64,000 bases of DNA, taken from NCBI GenBank assembly GCA_964106915.2, contig OZ066921.1, one strand, 5' to 3'. Made by a program: the position numbers and the translations under genes. Position 1 is the first letter of the stretch. Each line of letters opens with the position of its first letter. The notes beneath the pieces were generated by a model. The model saw only the letters and a list, made by a program, of their open reading frames with translations, made no database searches and was not told where the DNA came from. The stretch comes from Podarcis gaigeae (lineage: Eukaryota). Shown here piece after piece: positions 1 through 14,500 of this stretch.

Positions 1-449
1 TGAAAGGTTTGCTGGCCTGACCTAGAAATGAACCTGGACTCGCTGATCAGATGCTTCATGGGCTACTGATGCATTTGGGGTATGCATTTGGCGGCCAAAC
101 CCCAGAATTTGCCTGAGGGCTTTTAGGAAAGAAGCCTGTCAGGAAGATCCTGTGGCTCTTAATATTTTGGAAAAGTTGCCCTTTCACCCACGTCCTTCAC
201 TCAGCCCTGCATCTGCCAAACCATTTGAGAGACAGAGGAAAACAGAAGCACTCCCTCCTTCTCTTCACCCATCCGCTTTTCTTCCCTCCCTCCCTCCCAC
301 CCTCCCAATAGCCAAAATGTGGTTTATAAGCTCCCAGGAGCAAGCGCTTCTCTTTTGGGCATGACTTGGAAAAGAGCTGCAGACATGGATAAAAATAGAC
401 ATAAATAATAAAATATAATTTGTTCTCAAGGTGATCCACTCTTGCAGTA

Positions 450-910
450 TGAGAGTGCCACAGTTTAGGAATTATATTGACAAGCTTGAACACACGCAGA
501 GGAGGGCGACCAAGATTATCAAGGGTCTGGGAAACCAAGCCTTATGAAGAACAGTTGAGGGAGCTGAGTATATTTAGCCTGGAGAAGAGAATACCGAGAG
601 GTGACACGATAGCCATCTTCTAATATCTGAAGGGCTGCCACATGGAGCAAGATGGTTTTCTGCTGCTCCAGAGGGAGAGGACGTGAACCGATGGATTCAA
701 ATTACAAGAAAGGAGATTCCAACTAAACATTGGGAAGAACTTTCTGACAGTAAAGAGCTGTTCGACAGTAGAATGGACTCTCCTTCATTGGAGGTTTTTA
801 AATATGTGGCTGTGTGGCCATCTGTCAGGGATTCTTTAGCTCTCATTCCTGCATCGCAGGGGGTTGGACTGGATGGGATCCCTTCCAATTCTACTATTCT
901 GATTCTGTGA
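450..910 (+). mobile_element. CR1 LINE 3' fragment
   Basis: Degenerate end of ORF2 (cagaggagggcgaccaag...gagctgagtatatttagcctggagaagag) and a CR1-type tail cccttccaattctactattctgattct. Confidence 0.85.
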
Positions 911-1584
911 GTGGGTTTGCGGACACACTGCTCCCCCTTTGGCATCATCTGGCTTCCCACAAGCCCATGGCCAGAGTGAGGCCTGCCGGCACAGCTGCCC
1001 TTGCATCCTGTGACCCACAATTGGAGAGATTTAAGAAGTGTTCTCTCTGCTTGACACACACAGAGGCACATCCTAATGGTGCCAAAGTCTGTAGGCTCTC
1101 GGTCTGAACAGAATCCTTTCGTTTCTCATTCAGGAATGCATCCTCAAAATCTAGGGTAGCCAAAAGCAGGCCTGGCTCTGTGACACACAGGAAACCCAAG
1201 GCTTGAAACCTGTGGCTGCGGCCTCCCCTCACATGGGCTGCTGCATGCAGTTCACTTGGACTAAAAGGCATTCATGAACAACAGTTGGCCTCTCATGAGC
1301 TGCTCCTTTCCATAAAGCAAATGAGCTGGCGGCAGCCGAGTGCGGGGGGGGGGGGGTAGAGAGACACTCTGATGAAAGAGGGCGACTGGCCAGCCTAGTT
1401 TTGCCCCAGCTGAGCAGAGCATTGTCCCAGGCAAGCCTGCAGCCCACCACAGAAGTAGAGCTCACAGCTGCTTGGCCTCCATTGTATCTCCGTTTATCAA
1501 AGAGCCAGAGGCTCTGCTCTCCCCTCCCCTGACTTTGGTGAGGAAAAGCTGAACAAACATGGAGAAAGTGGAGAGAGAAAAGTT

Positions 1585-1995
1585 TCTCTCCTGCTCTTCT
1601 AGACACTAGAACTCATGGACGCCCAATTTGAAAGACTCAGGACAGACAAAATAAAGTGCTTCTTCATGCACCGCATAATTAAACTATGGAACCCGTTCCC
1701 ACAGGAGGAAGTGGTGGTCACCAACTTGAATGGCTTTAAAAGAGAATTAGACAAATTCTTGGAGGAGAGGGCTATCAATGGCTAGTAGCCATGATGGCTC
1801 TGCTCTGCCTCTGCAGTTGTGAGGCAGCAATGCTTCTGAATACCAGCTGCTGCACTCTGCAGAAGGGGAGCTTGATCTTGAGCTCGGATCCTTCTTGCAG
1901 GTTTCCCACAGGCAGCTGGATGACCACTGTGAGATCAGGATGCTGGATTAGATGGGCCATTGGCTTGATCCAGTGGGCTATTTTTATGTTCACAT
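1585..1995 (+). mobile_element. CR1 LINE 3' fragment (second family, long 3' UTR)
   Basis: caggacagacaaa...aattaaactatggaa...ggctttaaaagagaattagacaaattc...ggctatcaatggcta, ending ttatgttc. Confidence 0.8.
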
Positions 1996-2007
1996 GTTAA
2001 ATTCAAA

Positions 2008-2240
2008 GGAATAATAATAATAATATAATGATTTATTATTTATATGCCGCCCCTCTGACTGGGTTGCCCCAGCCACTCTGGGCAGTTTCCAAGAAATTAA
2101 AACATCCAACACAGTAAAACAGCAAACATTAAAAGCTTCCCTATACAGGGCTGCCTTCAGATGTCTTCTAAAAGTCAGGTAGTTGTTTATTTCCTTGACA
2201 TCTGACAGGAGGGCATTCCACAGGGCAGGTGCCACTACCG
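2008..2240 (-). mobile_element. L2 LINE 3' fragment
   Basis: Minus-strand APALWNALLSDVKEINNYLTFRRHLKAALYREAF followed by a (TTA)n tail; same family as 45552-45857. Confidence 0.85.
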
Positions 2241-2452
2241 ACAGCCCATAGACAGCCTGTCTCCTGACCTCACACCAACAGAAGGGTCATGAGGGAGCTG
2301 AGAGGAAGGTACCACTGGTTGCAGGAAGAGAACTAAGCCCCACCCAGCCCAGCACTTGAGGCAGGCACCAAACCTGTACACAGGAACACACAGATAGCAG
2401 AAAGGCATTTGGAAACACAGAGGTGGCAACTCAAGGCAGGATGTCACCTCAC

Positions 2453-2585
2453 CTGATGATGAAAGCTCCCCGCAACTCCAGGAGCTTCCGCTCACTGCTG
2501 AATCTCTTGAGCAAGTTTATCATGAACTTATAGAAGTAGGAGTTCATGGTGGGCGTCGAGGGAGAGCACTCCATGCCTTTGGTAC
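2453..2585 (-). CDS. VAC14: VAC14 exon 14
   Basis: (G)[43 protein letters not shown](R); 133 nt; donor GTGAGG. Confidence 0.96.
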
Positions 2586-5500
2586 CTGGAAGAAGGAGGA
2601 GAGAGGAAGTTAACTCTGTTTAAGGAAGAAGCACCTGTAGAAGCACAGGTGGGTTTCTGAGCTCTACTTGTCACCCGTGATCACAGCAGGCAATCCTAGC
2701 TTTGATTTGAAGTGGCAGCTTTACTCTCTCCAGCTACATGACGTTGCCTTATACCAAGCAGCTCCTGTTGTCCACAATGACTGGCAGCAGTTCTCCAGAC
2801 TTTCAAGCATGGATCTTCCAACCCTACATGGAGATGCCATGGGGGATTGAACCTGGGACCTCCTGCATGCAAGGTAGATGCTCTGCCACTGAGCTACCGT
2901 GGACCTTCCCCTGCAATACATAGTGAAGGCACACTACCATTTGTTTTAGCCTGCCCTTTGTTTTACAGTCATAAAAGAGATCAGGAACTCTGGTCCTCCT
3001 CTGAGTCACAGGGAGAGGAAAGGTGTGGAGATGCCTCTGAACAGAAAAGGCATAAAAATGCATTTCCTATATGTAGACATTAGCACAAATGTGGCACAGC
3101 AATAAAAAACCAAAGCTGGAAGCTGACAGATAAAGGTGAAAACTTGATTACGTATTAGGCAGTCATTCCAAAGAGCAGTTAAAGTAACCCAGCTAAGAAC
3201 AGATATAGAGCAGGCTAGGTTATGGAAAAATGGAAATCGAAACATCCTATGGAAATGAAGCATCTCAGGAGAGATGCTCTATGAACCCACAAGACTACCT
3301 TGCACAACAGGACTCTCAATATGCCCAAGAAACAGCCTTTGCCAACTTGATGCCCTCCAGATGTTTCAGACTACAACTTCCATCAGCCCCAGCCAGCATA
3401 GATAAACTGTGATTCAAGTTGGTCACTAGGCCATGGAGAACAAAGGCAAAAGACAACCCCAAAGCCAAACTTCTTTTGAAGGGGAAAGGTATGTCCTCTT
3501 GCTAGAAAGGGTGGTGGTCATGGTAGGCACTGGCAATAAAGATCAACCTTAATACTTGTTTAAACCTTCAATCAAACAGCATAATGTTAAAAAGGTGCAG
3601 AATGAGCAGGCAAATATCATTCTCAAAGCCTCTCCTCAAACTTAGGGTATAACTCTTTGGATGTAGGANNNNNNNNNNNNNNNNNNNNNNNNNNNNNNNN
3701 NNNNNNNNNNNNNNNNNNNNNNNNNNNNNNNNNNNNNNNNNNNNNNNNNNNNNNNNNNNNNNNNNNNNNNNNNNNNNNNNNNNNNNNNNNNNNNNNNNNN
3801 NNNNNNNNNNNNNNNNNNNNNNNNNNNNCCTTTGTTTTTGTAAGGTTTTGGAGAGTCTGGAGGCACTTAAGTGCCCAAGCCACTTGTTTTTTGACTCTTG
3901 CAAAGGCTTACTATCCTGTCGAAATATATGGAAAACAACAGAAAGACAAGGGGTGGGTGGGAACTGATACTCAAGGCTGAACAGGGCCTTCTTCAAAGGA
4001 AGTTATCTGCAAGGGTCAGACCTGATGTAATCGGGCAGAATGTCCGGGTCACAGGAAAAGCTTCAAGGATTGCACCCTAACATAGGTCTCATTTTCCCCT
4101 TATACAAATCAGATGCTGATCATGCCTTTTCAAGAGGAAAAAAAGTTGCAGGTCAGACAGTTCCAGGGATCGGCTGTTGATGGGGAAGTCAATGCATGGC
4201 TCTTCAGTCAGCACTCCTGGGCTCCACACTCATGAACGACAAGGAAAGAAGATGTGCACCACTGCAGAACGGACCAGAAAAGCCACTCTGACTGCCTCTC
4301 TCCCTGCCCGCCAGGCAGCTTGTAAAATCACAGACGTCTCATTTGGGGTCAGGAGTTGGCAAATATTGCTGCACAATGCACAACACAAGCAGGAAACAGG
4401 CTGCAGCTTCACTATTTCAATCTGCTGCTGGTTCAGCAGCAAAATTTGTTAAATTTGGATACACTGTACAATCGGTGGTCAGTGTGAGGCATGCAGAGAG
4501 GAGACCCACCTCCTGCTATGAAGGTACATCCATAGCAAGACCTCAGCTTTGTATTCCTGCGCCCACCATCTCACAGCTCCTAATCTCTGCCCAGCCAGTT
4601 TTCAATTAATCTGCACGGTTACAACATAGAAACAGTCAGGCAGCAGAGAGGCTTCCAAGAGTCCCACCCACGCCTCCCAGATCCCTTTAACTTCCCCTGT
4701 TCCAGCTTCTGCCACCGATGGGTGGCTCGCCCACGATGGCATAGCAAGTAGATACAATTAAACCCGCCTTACTATTTATAGGAGCAGAAATACTAGAAAG
4801 GCAGGAGGAGGTGTTAGGAAAACACAGTTGAACCGATTCATTCATGCTGATACTCACAAATCAGAGGCTTCACAGATACGCAACACACCAGACTGGCTGT
4901 TAGTACACATACAGAGAAGCCTAAGCCCACAAGTGTTGTGTTGGGACACCTCAGCTGCCCACAGTGAGCACAAGGGTGAGTTGCAACTGAGTAGGGTTGT
5001 CTCAGGGGAATTGCTCAGGGAGAAGCTGCAGAGGTTTCCTGGAAAGCAACTATGATGGTGTTAACTCTCACTGCCAAGGTGAGCATCACATGCCTTCGCC
5101 AGTCATCATCATGTTCCCATGGCCTGCCACAGCAGACTGCACTCTAGCAGGAAGCTCAGAAAGAAGACAGCTTGAATTTCTCCTCAACTCCACCACCTGG
5201 TCAGCCATACAGCTTGATCAAGCGGGAAAATGCTACATGTGCCTAAATTCAACTTCTCTATCACACACATCCTCACCTGGTATTAAACAAGTGCCTGAGC
5301 TTCCCTTCCCCTTATGGTTTCTCTTCTCCCCCTCCACTTCCTCAGAGGTGAAGATAATGGCAAGTTTTGCCCAGCAGCCCAGCAGTCTGCAGGCTTAGCC
5401 TGTGTTCATTACTTCTGCAGAAACTGTCCTGAAGCAAGTTTTACCTCTCTGGCATCTGCAAACGCTGGGTGTACGGGAGGATTCTGCAAAGATTTCCTAA

Positions 5501-8500
5501 AAGGATAAGCAGTTCAAGGAAACTGTGTGATACGCATGGGCCTACTCGGGTAGCTCACCATCAGTCAGAAACACCAGTTGTTTTGGACTAGGACTGGTGG
5601 GAGCAGTATTCCAAAACAAGCTGGTTGGGGAAGTCTCCTGCAGGCAATTTTCTTTCTTTAGACCAGCTCTACACCGTTTAACTATATGATATGCTTTTGC
5701 CCACAAAAATTCCCTACAAGCCCAGCTTTATTCCTTGCGTAAAGGCAACAGGAGGACTAGACATTCTTAACTTGCTCTCCTCTCCCGCAGTTCCATACAG
5801 ATGGTCAACACCACAGAAGACTGCAATTTGGCACTGCCCTGCAGAGTCATCCCTCTTGTGGCAGGACAATTGTCTCTCAGCACTGCATTATGGTAGCTTT
5901 TTGTAAAACAGAAACAGCCCTAACTCAACACTGTGCCCTCCACTGTCAACAGAGAAAAGTTCTGAGGAGGCCAAAAGTTCTAAATGCTAATGAGGGGCCC
6001 AGGAGATTCAGCAAGACTCCCTCCCGCTACCTTTTTTCCTCTTCCGTCACCACAACAGGAGTCTGCCAGCCCAACCATGGCAGCTTCAGTCCCCAAACTA
6101 GGTGTCATAACTGTCTGTAAAGGCCAACAGAAGATTTTGGATGTACATCAGCCCCAAATTTGCTTGCTTGCCCTTTGCTATTCAAGCTCTTTTCCAAGTT
6201 CCCCCCTGAAACGTTTCAGACTATTCCCCACCCCCCAACAGAAAACTGCTCTGAGAGCCTCTACAAACCCCTTCCTCTAGTCTAAAGCATTTTGCTCAGT
6301 ATCTCTTGCTTGTGACTCTGGGGCAGAGCAAGATGGAAGAAATTCACAGAGCAACTATTTTTCTGTCTCTTGGCTCTTCTGCAGGAACGGAGGGGGGTTG
6401 GAGGGGGGCCACTGGAAAGTTCCTGGAGTGCCTTGAGACCAATGATCTTCCAGCCCTCATCCCCCTCCCCCAGCTGTCCGCCAGGCAGATGGGGCTGTGA
6501 AAGGGCTTCAGAGAGCTGCAGCTCCACCAATCCTATGCTTCTAAAAGTAGGAACCACTCAGGAGGCAGAAGCTGCCTTTTGACCATCAAGCTCCTATGAG
6601 TGGGTGCAAGAGCAGATCCCCACACCCCCTTCTCCATCCCCAAACATGCACTAGGATTGCTGCTGCTGCTGCTGCCGCCGCCACCACCAGGGAAGGCAGG
6701 CAGATTATCTTAAGTGAAACCTGATGTGCAGGAGAGACTTTCCAGCCGGTTAATACTACTACAGGATGTTTTGTATTTCAACTTGGTAAATATGATGTAA
6801 AGGAACATCACATGGGAAGATAAAAATAGAGCAGCTCAAAGAACAAAAACAGAACCGCCCCAAGACATTTGCCTCTCAATTCATCACTGAAACAGATGTT
6901 GTTAAGATGTAGGCTCCCCCTTCCCAAGGCTCATGGAGACACAAGCCAGTCTTCATTCCTTCCCTCCCCAACTACAAGGCACCTGGGTGTGTGCCTGTCC
7001 CTCCTCCCTGTCGCCACACACCCTTGACTGCCCTGCCCATTTCCAGAGGCACATGGCAGGAGAAAGACTCCTCTCCGGAGTAAGCTCGTTTGACTGAAAC
7101 AAGGCAGAAGGGGAAAGTGTGGAGGTCACGGGGAGGGCGGTCGTGGTGGTGAAGCACAAAGGGGAGGCATGCCTGCAATCCAGAAAGCCAATTTGGACCC
7201 AAAGGGATGGCTGCCCTGCCTAAGGCAGTCGGTTCTGCATATTAGGCACAAGACCTGGGATCTTCACAGGGATGCTTCGTACCTCTGCAGGGTTTTATAG
7301 CAAGAGAGGTGCACAGTGAAAAAGTGGGTGGGTGGAATGTACACACATTTAGAAACATCTTAGGTTTATTGGGTGAATCCACTGACAGAGCTGCTCTCCC
7401 AGGCCAGAACACAAGGCAAAACAGTCGCCTACAAAATGTCAACACCTGATGGGGCAAACCAGCTTTTCCCCAGCCTGCTGCCCTCTAGATGTTTTTGGAC
7501 TATAGCGCCCATCAGCCCCAGGCCAGGGTTAATGCACACATTTCTCTGCATGGGAAAAATTGCTGATTAAGAGGGTTTGAAGGTCAACCCATGTGGTACG
7601 CGAGACTTCACCACAACCAGACGCTAGGAACTTCCCTCCAGAAATGAAATCTGAATGCCAGGCTGGAAATGGGTGATGCCCAAGCAAGACTTCAGGAAGG
7701 CCATGTCTGGCTCTAAGCCCAGCATCCTCCTGTCCTCTTGCTCTGTGGGTCCCTGACTCAGGCCCTGCTCTGAGTGCCTAATCCCCAAAGCCTATTTCGC
7801 AAGCCAGCTCAGATTAGCACAAGTGGCTGGCTTTGTGACATCTGCTGCCTCCCTGACCTCTCTTCCCAGAGAACACTGCTGACTTCTTTCATGGGCTGGG
7901 ATACACTGGGAGGAGAATAAGTCATGGCATTTGACACTGTAAAGATCAAAATCCTTTGCTTCACCTGCCCCCCCCCCAAGCCCATCACAAGGGGAGGGGA
8001 AAGCAACTTGCTTCTCAATCAAGCAGTCTGAGATGAAGAATCGTTGGTTGGGGGTGGGGGGGCGTTAATTCCAGCCCACTACTAGGATCTCAGAGGTCCA
8101 GCCCACTTTAACATGTTCCATGAAGTGCTAGCCAAGCAATTCGAAAACAGAGGGGGCAACCCACCTCTGTGGGTGGTTTTGTGTCTGACAGAGCTACAGA
8201 TTCAGAGCCAGCATTTTGGCAAGGGGATTAGCTAGCACACCAGAGCAAGTCATTTACTCACAGCAGAGCTTTCTGCTTCCCCTCTGGCTGGGCCCTCACA
8301 TGACAAGGCAGCTGATCTACTGGTTCTGAGAGCCTGCCCAAGTATTTCAAGATCACAAGCCAGGCCTTCTCCTCATTAAAACAGAAGTCACGAGTCCGGA
8401 GAAGCTAATAGTTATTATCCTGGCTCCCTGCCCCCTTTAAAATTGTTGTTTCTGTCTGGGGCAGTGGGGCACAATCCACTTACTCTTACAAATTTATCCC

Positions 8501-11500
8501 TCACTTGAGGTTTAGATGTTCAGCCTGTTTCTGACAAGGTTGCACTCCCCCAGAAGAACCCACTGGGCGGTGGAAAGGTGGGGTACAAGGAAATATTTGA
8601 GGACCCACATGTTCATATTGGGCTACGAACAGGATACTTCCAGACCAAGAAAGCACTTATCATCTTTGCGAAGCCCTGTGAAAGCGAGGGCATGTGCCAA
8701 TGAAGTCACAGAAATATTACCAAATAAAAGAAAGGGCAGCTTGAAAAAAGTTTGAAGACTTTCCTCAAGCATGAAGACAACTCAGCACACCTCGCTGCAG
8801 CTTCCTCAAAGGGGAAATAAGTTAGAAGCAAAGCAGGGAGCAGATCTGCTCAGCAAGCAGAGCAAATACACCCCACCAGGAAAAGCAAACAGCAGCATTT
8901 GCATAAACAGATTCTGAGGAAAGTGTGAGGATGAAATGGCAGTGGCCCTCTCTTCCACCCTGGGGAGCCAATCTGGTGGTTTGCCATTTGAGCAGGCAAA
9001 CATATAATGGAAACCAGCAGGGAGGGCAAGATGGGGGCTTGCAAAGGTGCCATTTAGCACAGCATGCCTAGGAGTCTACTTGGAAGAACAGTCCAGCTTC
9101 TGATCCTCCTATCTTTGCCATCCTCCCCCAGCTCTGTCTTTGCCCAGAAAGAGTCCGGGCAGCTTGCCACATCATCTTCTTGGCCCTGAAGCCCACTGTG
9201 CAACTGGAGAAACGCCTTGTTGAATGTACAGAATTTGCTGGCGGCCTCAGGCTGGAATAATCCTCCCCCCAAAGGAAAAAAAACTCTGGCACAAGCATGT
9301 TTGTCAAAAGCTGCTGGACTTTTCCCCACATCACCAAATTCTTCTCTTCTCTCAGAAGAAAGAACTTAAGAAGTGCCGCGCAGGATCAGTCCCGCAAACC
9401 TGGCCATCTGCCTTAACGGTTATGATGGAGCTGCACCTACTTGTTCCTTGCCATGAGATGCTGGGGGGTTCGCATCTCATAAAATTCGGCAAACCTCTTT
9501 GTGCTCCTAGTCTCTAGCCAGTAGACACTTGGCAATCAGCTGCAGATATTATGGTCCTGGGCACAAAAACCAGAGCCATGTCCTTAAAAGGGCTGCACAG
9601 ATATGGATGTTTTAAGTAGTAAGAAAGCTGGGAGACACAGCTTCTTGGACATCTTCTTTCCAAATTATTATGTGACATAAAAGGCTTGGACTGGAATGGA
9701 GTTAAAGGGGCCATGGCAGCCTTTAGGATGGATGCCACAACTGCAAGGCTATTTTTAGATAATCTACAGGGGAGGGAAGAGAAAGCCATCCACTTGATCT
9801 AAAGCACAGCTCTGCAGCCGCCTAGCCAGCTCCTCCCCCCACCCGTCTCCCGCACAGACAGAGGATCAATAGCACACTCGAGGCCCTGCGCATTTGCTCC
9901 CAGCTGTGCTCAGCGCAAGCCAACAGTGGGACAAGCAGCATGAGCTCATCGTGCTTCCTAGCCAGGGCATTACAGGCTGGACCAAAAGCTTCCAAGAAGC
10001 GGGCCTCCGAGATAGCAGCACCAGGGCACTGTGCAAAGGCAGAATCAGCCACAACTTCAGGTAACCTGGAACCCTCTCATGAAGAAGTAGGGAGCGTCTG
10101 GTCGGATGGTGAACTATAAGCAAACAACCAGGCAAGCTATGGTTGGCGTTTACCCTATTATCCCTTTCTACCGCCTGTCATGATCTGTCCCTTTGCCCTT
10201 CCTGCTCATCATCCATGCACCAGATGGGAAATCAGTGCAGGGTGGTGGGCTGAGCATTAGACAGGGAAGAGAGACCAGGATAAGCCCCTGCTCAGGGATG
10301 AAGCTTGCTGTGTGATTCACTTCTCTTACACAGTTGCTTTGGGAGAAATGCACATGTGAGTGAGCTCCCAGAGGGACAGGGGGAGGGGGGAAATACATAG
10401 GCTATATCCACTCCATACATTTAAAGCACACTATTCCCCCCACCCAAAACCTGGGAATTGTAATTTACCCCTCACAAAGCTACATTTCCCAGCACCCTTA
10501 ACAAACTAGTCCCTGGCACTCTTAGGGGGAAGCAATATGCTTTAAATATATGGCATGTACATCGGCACGACGTGATAAGCCTAACAAAACCTTCCTTTCC
10601 CTTATGCCCTAACCTTGCCAAACACATTTTAAGCATTCTGGAACGTGAGTCAATCAAGGCAAGTAAAGGGCTGTCTGCATAGATGCTTCCTGCATGCAAA
10701 ATTCACATTTCCATGGTGCTGATGAAATCTGTAATCTTCCCTGTGATTTTTTTAATCTTCCCTTCTCAGTGGGGCCTTGATTAGTAGGTGAGAGGGTCTC
10801 TTCAGCAGCAGGCAAAGGCTAGTTCAGTGGCCCCTCTGCCCAACAGAGGCTAAGAGGATTAGTGATGACTTGGGAGGGCATGCAATTCTCCCACAGATGT
10901 CATAAACCCAGTCCTGAGGACCTTGGCCATCTCCAAGATGTTGCACTCTGAGCATCCTTCAGCAACTTAGCAGTCAGGCCTCTGCCATACCTGTGCGATC
11001 TGGGTGGGTGATGAACTTTTATGGATTCTTACCTGCTCTGAACCTGAAGGAAGCACCCTGTGGGTGCCTCTCCTAGAGATCTGGACTGGACTGCTACCTG
11101 GGATCCTTTGGCAGACTGGCAGATTTGAAGTCACGAAAGAATGAGGATGCTTGGACTTCCACTCTTTGTCTTTTGAACGGACAAGGCTCAACAAGTTCTT
11201 AAGAGTTCGCAAAGAACTCAAATGTGAAAGTGCTGATCTTCCAACCAAAGTACATAACTCATCCTAAAGATCAGCCTCCATATCTGAGGACTGGAAAGGG
11301 GCCAATATAATGCCAGTTTTTAAAAGGGCATCTTGAAAGGATTTGAGACATTACAGGCTCATTAGCTTAACATCTGTTCCAGGAAAGCTGGTGGAAAGCA
11401 TAGTTAAAGATAGAATTGCCAAACATATAGAAGAACAAGTTCTGCTGAAGCAGAACTAGCATGGCATTTGTTCCCACAAAAGCCAGTGATGGCCACAGAC

Positions 11501-14500
11501 TTGGACAGCTTTAGAAAAATTCATGGAGGAGAGGGCTACTAGCCATTATGGCTATGTTGTCCCTCCACTATTGGAGGCAGTATGTCTGGGAATGCCAGTT
11601 GCTGGGAGTCACAGGTGGGGAGAGTGTTGCTGCTGCACTCTGGTCCCACATGCTGGGTTTGTTAAGGAATGCAGTTAATGGGCTAATAATTCTTCATGAG
11701 TCAGCAGAGACAACTCATTCACCAGGTGCATCTTGTTACTCTCTTATCTGTGTTACTGGGCAGATTTGGCACCAGCAACAGGGTTCCCATTATGAGAACT
11801 GTTTGGCCAGTGTAGAATAAGATGCAAGACTAGATGCAAGATGCAAGACCTTTGGCCTGATCCAGTTGCAACTTCAGGCTTCATCTGATGTTCTCACACT
11901 GCCTTTAGTCTCCACCAAGATGGTATTTGAAGAACTTGGAACCTTGGAAAGAAACACTGGCAAGGCAGGAGCGGGAACCACCCAAATGAACTCCCAATTG
12001 GGCAACCACTTCTTTCTGTGGGCCACATTTGTTGCTACAGAATTGGCCACAGATTGAAGAGAGATAAGAAGAGTCAACTAGGTATTCTACCAATAAGGAA
12101 ATCCTAAGTGAGTTATCCTTTCTTCAAAGAAACCAGCCTCCACCAGTGCCATGTGACCTACCCACATACACATTTTGATACGTTCTTGTGTCTTTGATCT
12201 TTAAATTTATTTCCCACCTTTCCACCAAATGCTCTCCAGGTTGCTAAATGCAACAACACAAGTACAACAAGATATAATGAAACAACAATAAAATACAGAG
12301 TGAGGAAGAACAGAAAAATAAGGCAGATAAATCAATAAAATCAAAACTACCAGAAAAAACCAATTTCAACATATTCTAAAGTCAGCTTATCTGTCTAAAT
12401 AAAAATGTTTTTGCCAACTAGTGTGTGGTCAAAAATTGGGCAAGCTCGTCCCCCTTGGAAATGAGTCCCAGAGACTGGGAGCAGCCACCAAGAAGCCCCT
12501 GCTTGGGGTTTCTGCCAAATGTGCATCAGATGTGAGCGTAATGAAACTGCTCCTCTAAGGAGAACCATTGAAAAGGGGTGCAAAGCTCTCCAGAACGGCA
12601 GCCCATGGCCAATGATAATGGAAGCCCCTGCAAAATCAGCAGAACCAACAGGTACCCAATCCCCTGTCCAAGTTCCTTGTGTTCAAAGGCAACCAAACAA
12701 GTCACCAAGCCTTTGCTATGTCTCACATTACCATAAGAAACATTACAAATAAATTCAACATTATTACAATCCAAAAAAGACTAAAGTAATTACTGTAAGA
12801 AACAGCAGTTTAGCATGACAGTAAAAAGGTGTTTGTTTTTTTGGGGTGGCGTGGAAAACAGTGCAAAGGATAAACAGATTAATACAGCAGTCTCACACAC
12901 ATAGAGCCCAAATTAATTGACCTGGACGAAGAAAACTACTTGAAGATTGTTAACTATTCTTGTAAGGTGGACAGCAAAGAGGAAGACAGTGCAGTCTGGC
13001 ACATGGAAAGAGGAGGCATTGATCCTTAAGCTCCATGGGGGGAGGGACTGGACCTGGAGGGCCTCCCCTGATGACTTGGAAGAATGGGCAGCAGTCCCTG
13101 ATAATGAAAAAGCCCTTCCAGCCCTTTGAGCTGGGCCTGGAAACCCAGGGGGAGGTGGCGCTGTTTCAGTGCTTTTGACCTGTGTTCCAAATGCCACAGT
13201 TCCCCAGCACCACTGGTTGGCTGTTCACTTGTGTGTGTGCGCTCTCTCTCTCTTTTTCTCTCTCTCTCTCAATCCTCATTCATCTTTCCCCTCCCCTCTA
13301 TTACCTTCACCCCTCTGTATAGCGGCTTTGTTGCTATGTATGTTGATTAATGCTAACATTCATCAAGTTTCACCCATCTGGGCTAAAAAGGGTGCCTGTG
13401 CTCTGAGATGTCCCCATTCATAAAACCTCACTTGCCCTAAGACAAAATCAGAAGCAGTTCTGGGCAGAGGCAAGGACTCCCACTATTCACAAATGGCAGA
13501 AATTAGGCACACTGCACAACTATAATGTACATCCCTTAAAAGCTTTGGGATTGATTTGCGTGGAAATATAGATTCCCTGTTAAAACTTTAGCCATTGTTT
13601 CCTTTCCTGTTGACACAAACTCTATTGAAGACCAGCCTGATGAATTGCTATGGCTTGCTCCAGAGGGGCTGCCCTGCAGTCTGTCCCAACGACACAGCAT
13701 TTCAGAAGCAGAGGAATGGGATGAGATGGGATGAAGGAGACTGGCCAGCAATAGGGAAGAGCAGGAAATGGAGTCTAGGTCTCACCCTCAAACTTCTTCT
13801 AAGCTCTCACCTGGCTCAGTTCTACTCTGCAGGCATGAGGACTCAAGGCAGGCACACACCAAAACATTTTTGATTCCCAAACTGCCTCCTTGTTGGTGTC
13901 ACAACTGTTGCTTCTCTTCTCACCTCCCACCCTCCTTCTGCACCAGTCTGGAGGTGTAGAATTATCAACACAAACGCTTCCGTTCGCTCTCCCCACCCAC
14001 CAGCCGTTACTACAAGCAGAAGCTGCACAGAAGTCTTCAGGCTCCAGCTGTAGCTGGAACCACACGCTGTGGCCCTCCTCTGTGGCAAACACATTTCCCT
14101 CAAATACTGGTGCCGATTCTGCCAGGGAATCACTTGCCTTCGCCTGTCTAAAGCTGCTTTGTGCCACTTTGCACCAGGAGAAAAAAATATCCAGAGGCTG
14201 CTCAAGGCGTGTGAGATCTTTGCCAGAGACAGGGGCACTTACCAGAGGAGCCAACCTGGGAAGGTTTAGTTGGAGCAGGAATGTGCAGTTCCAGTTGTCC
14301 AGGTCGTAAACTGGGACCGTCAGGTGCCCCTTGTCCTTCTGTCTGACCTGCTGGAGAGGATGCAATCTCGGCCAAGACTTCAAGGTCCTTGAGGATAACC
14401 TGGAATCAAGGAATAAAAAGAGATCAAGCGGTGGCTGACAAGGCAGGCAGAGAAGACAAGGACTCCCTGTGCTCTTTTCCTGCACTTTCCCCAGCTCTAC

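Noticed and set aside
2836-2900. tRNA-like sequence
   Set aside because: It is the head of a tRNA-derived SINE, continues into a SINE body, and lacks a proper acceptor stem.
3568-3996. ORFs containing X runs
   Set aside because: Artefacts of the 160-N gap.
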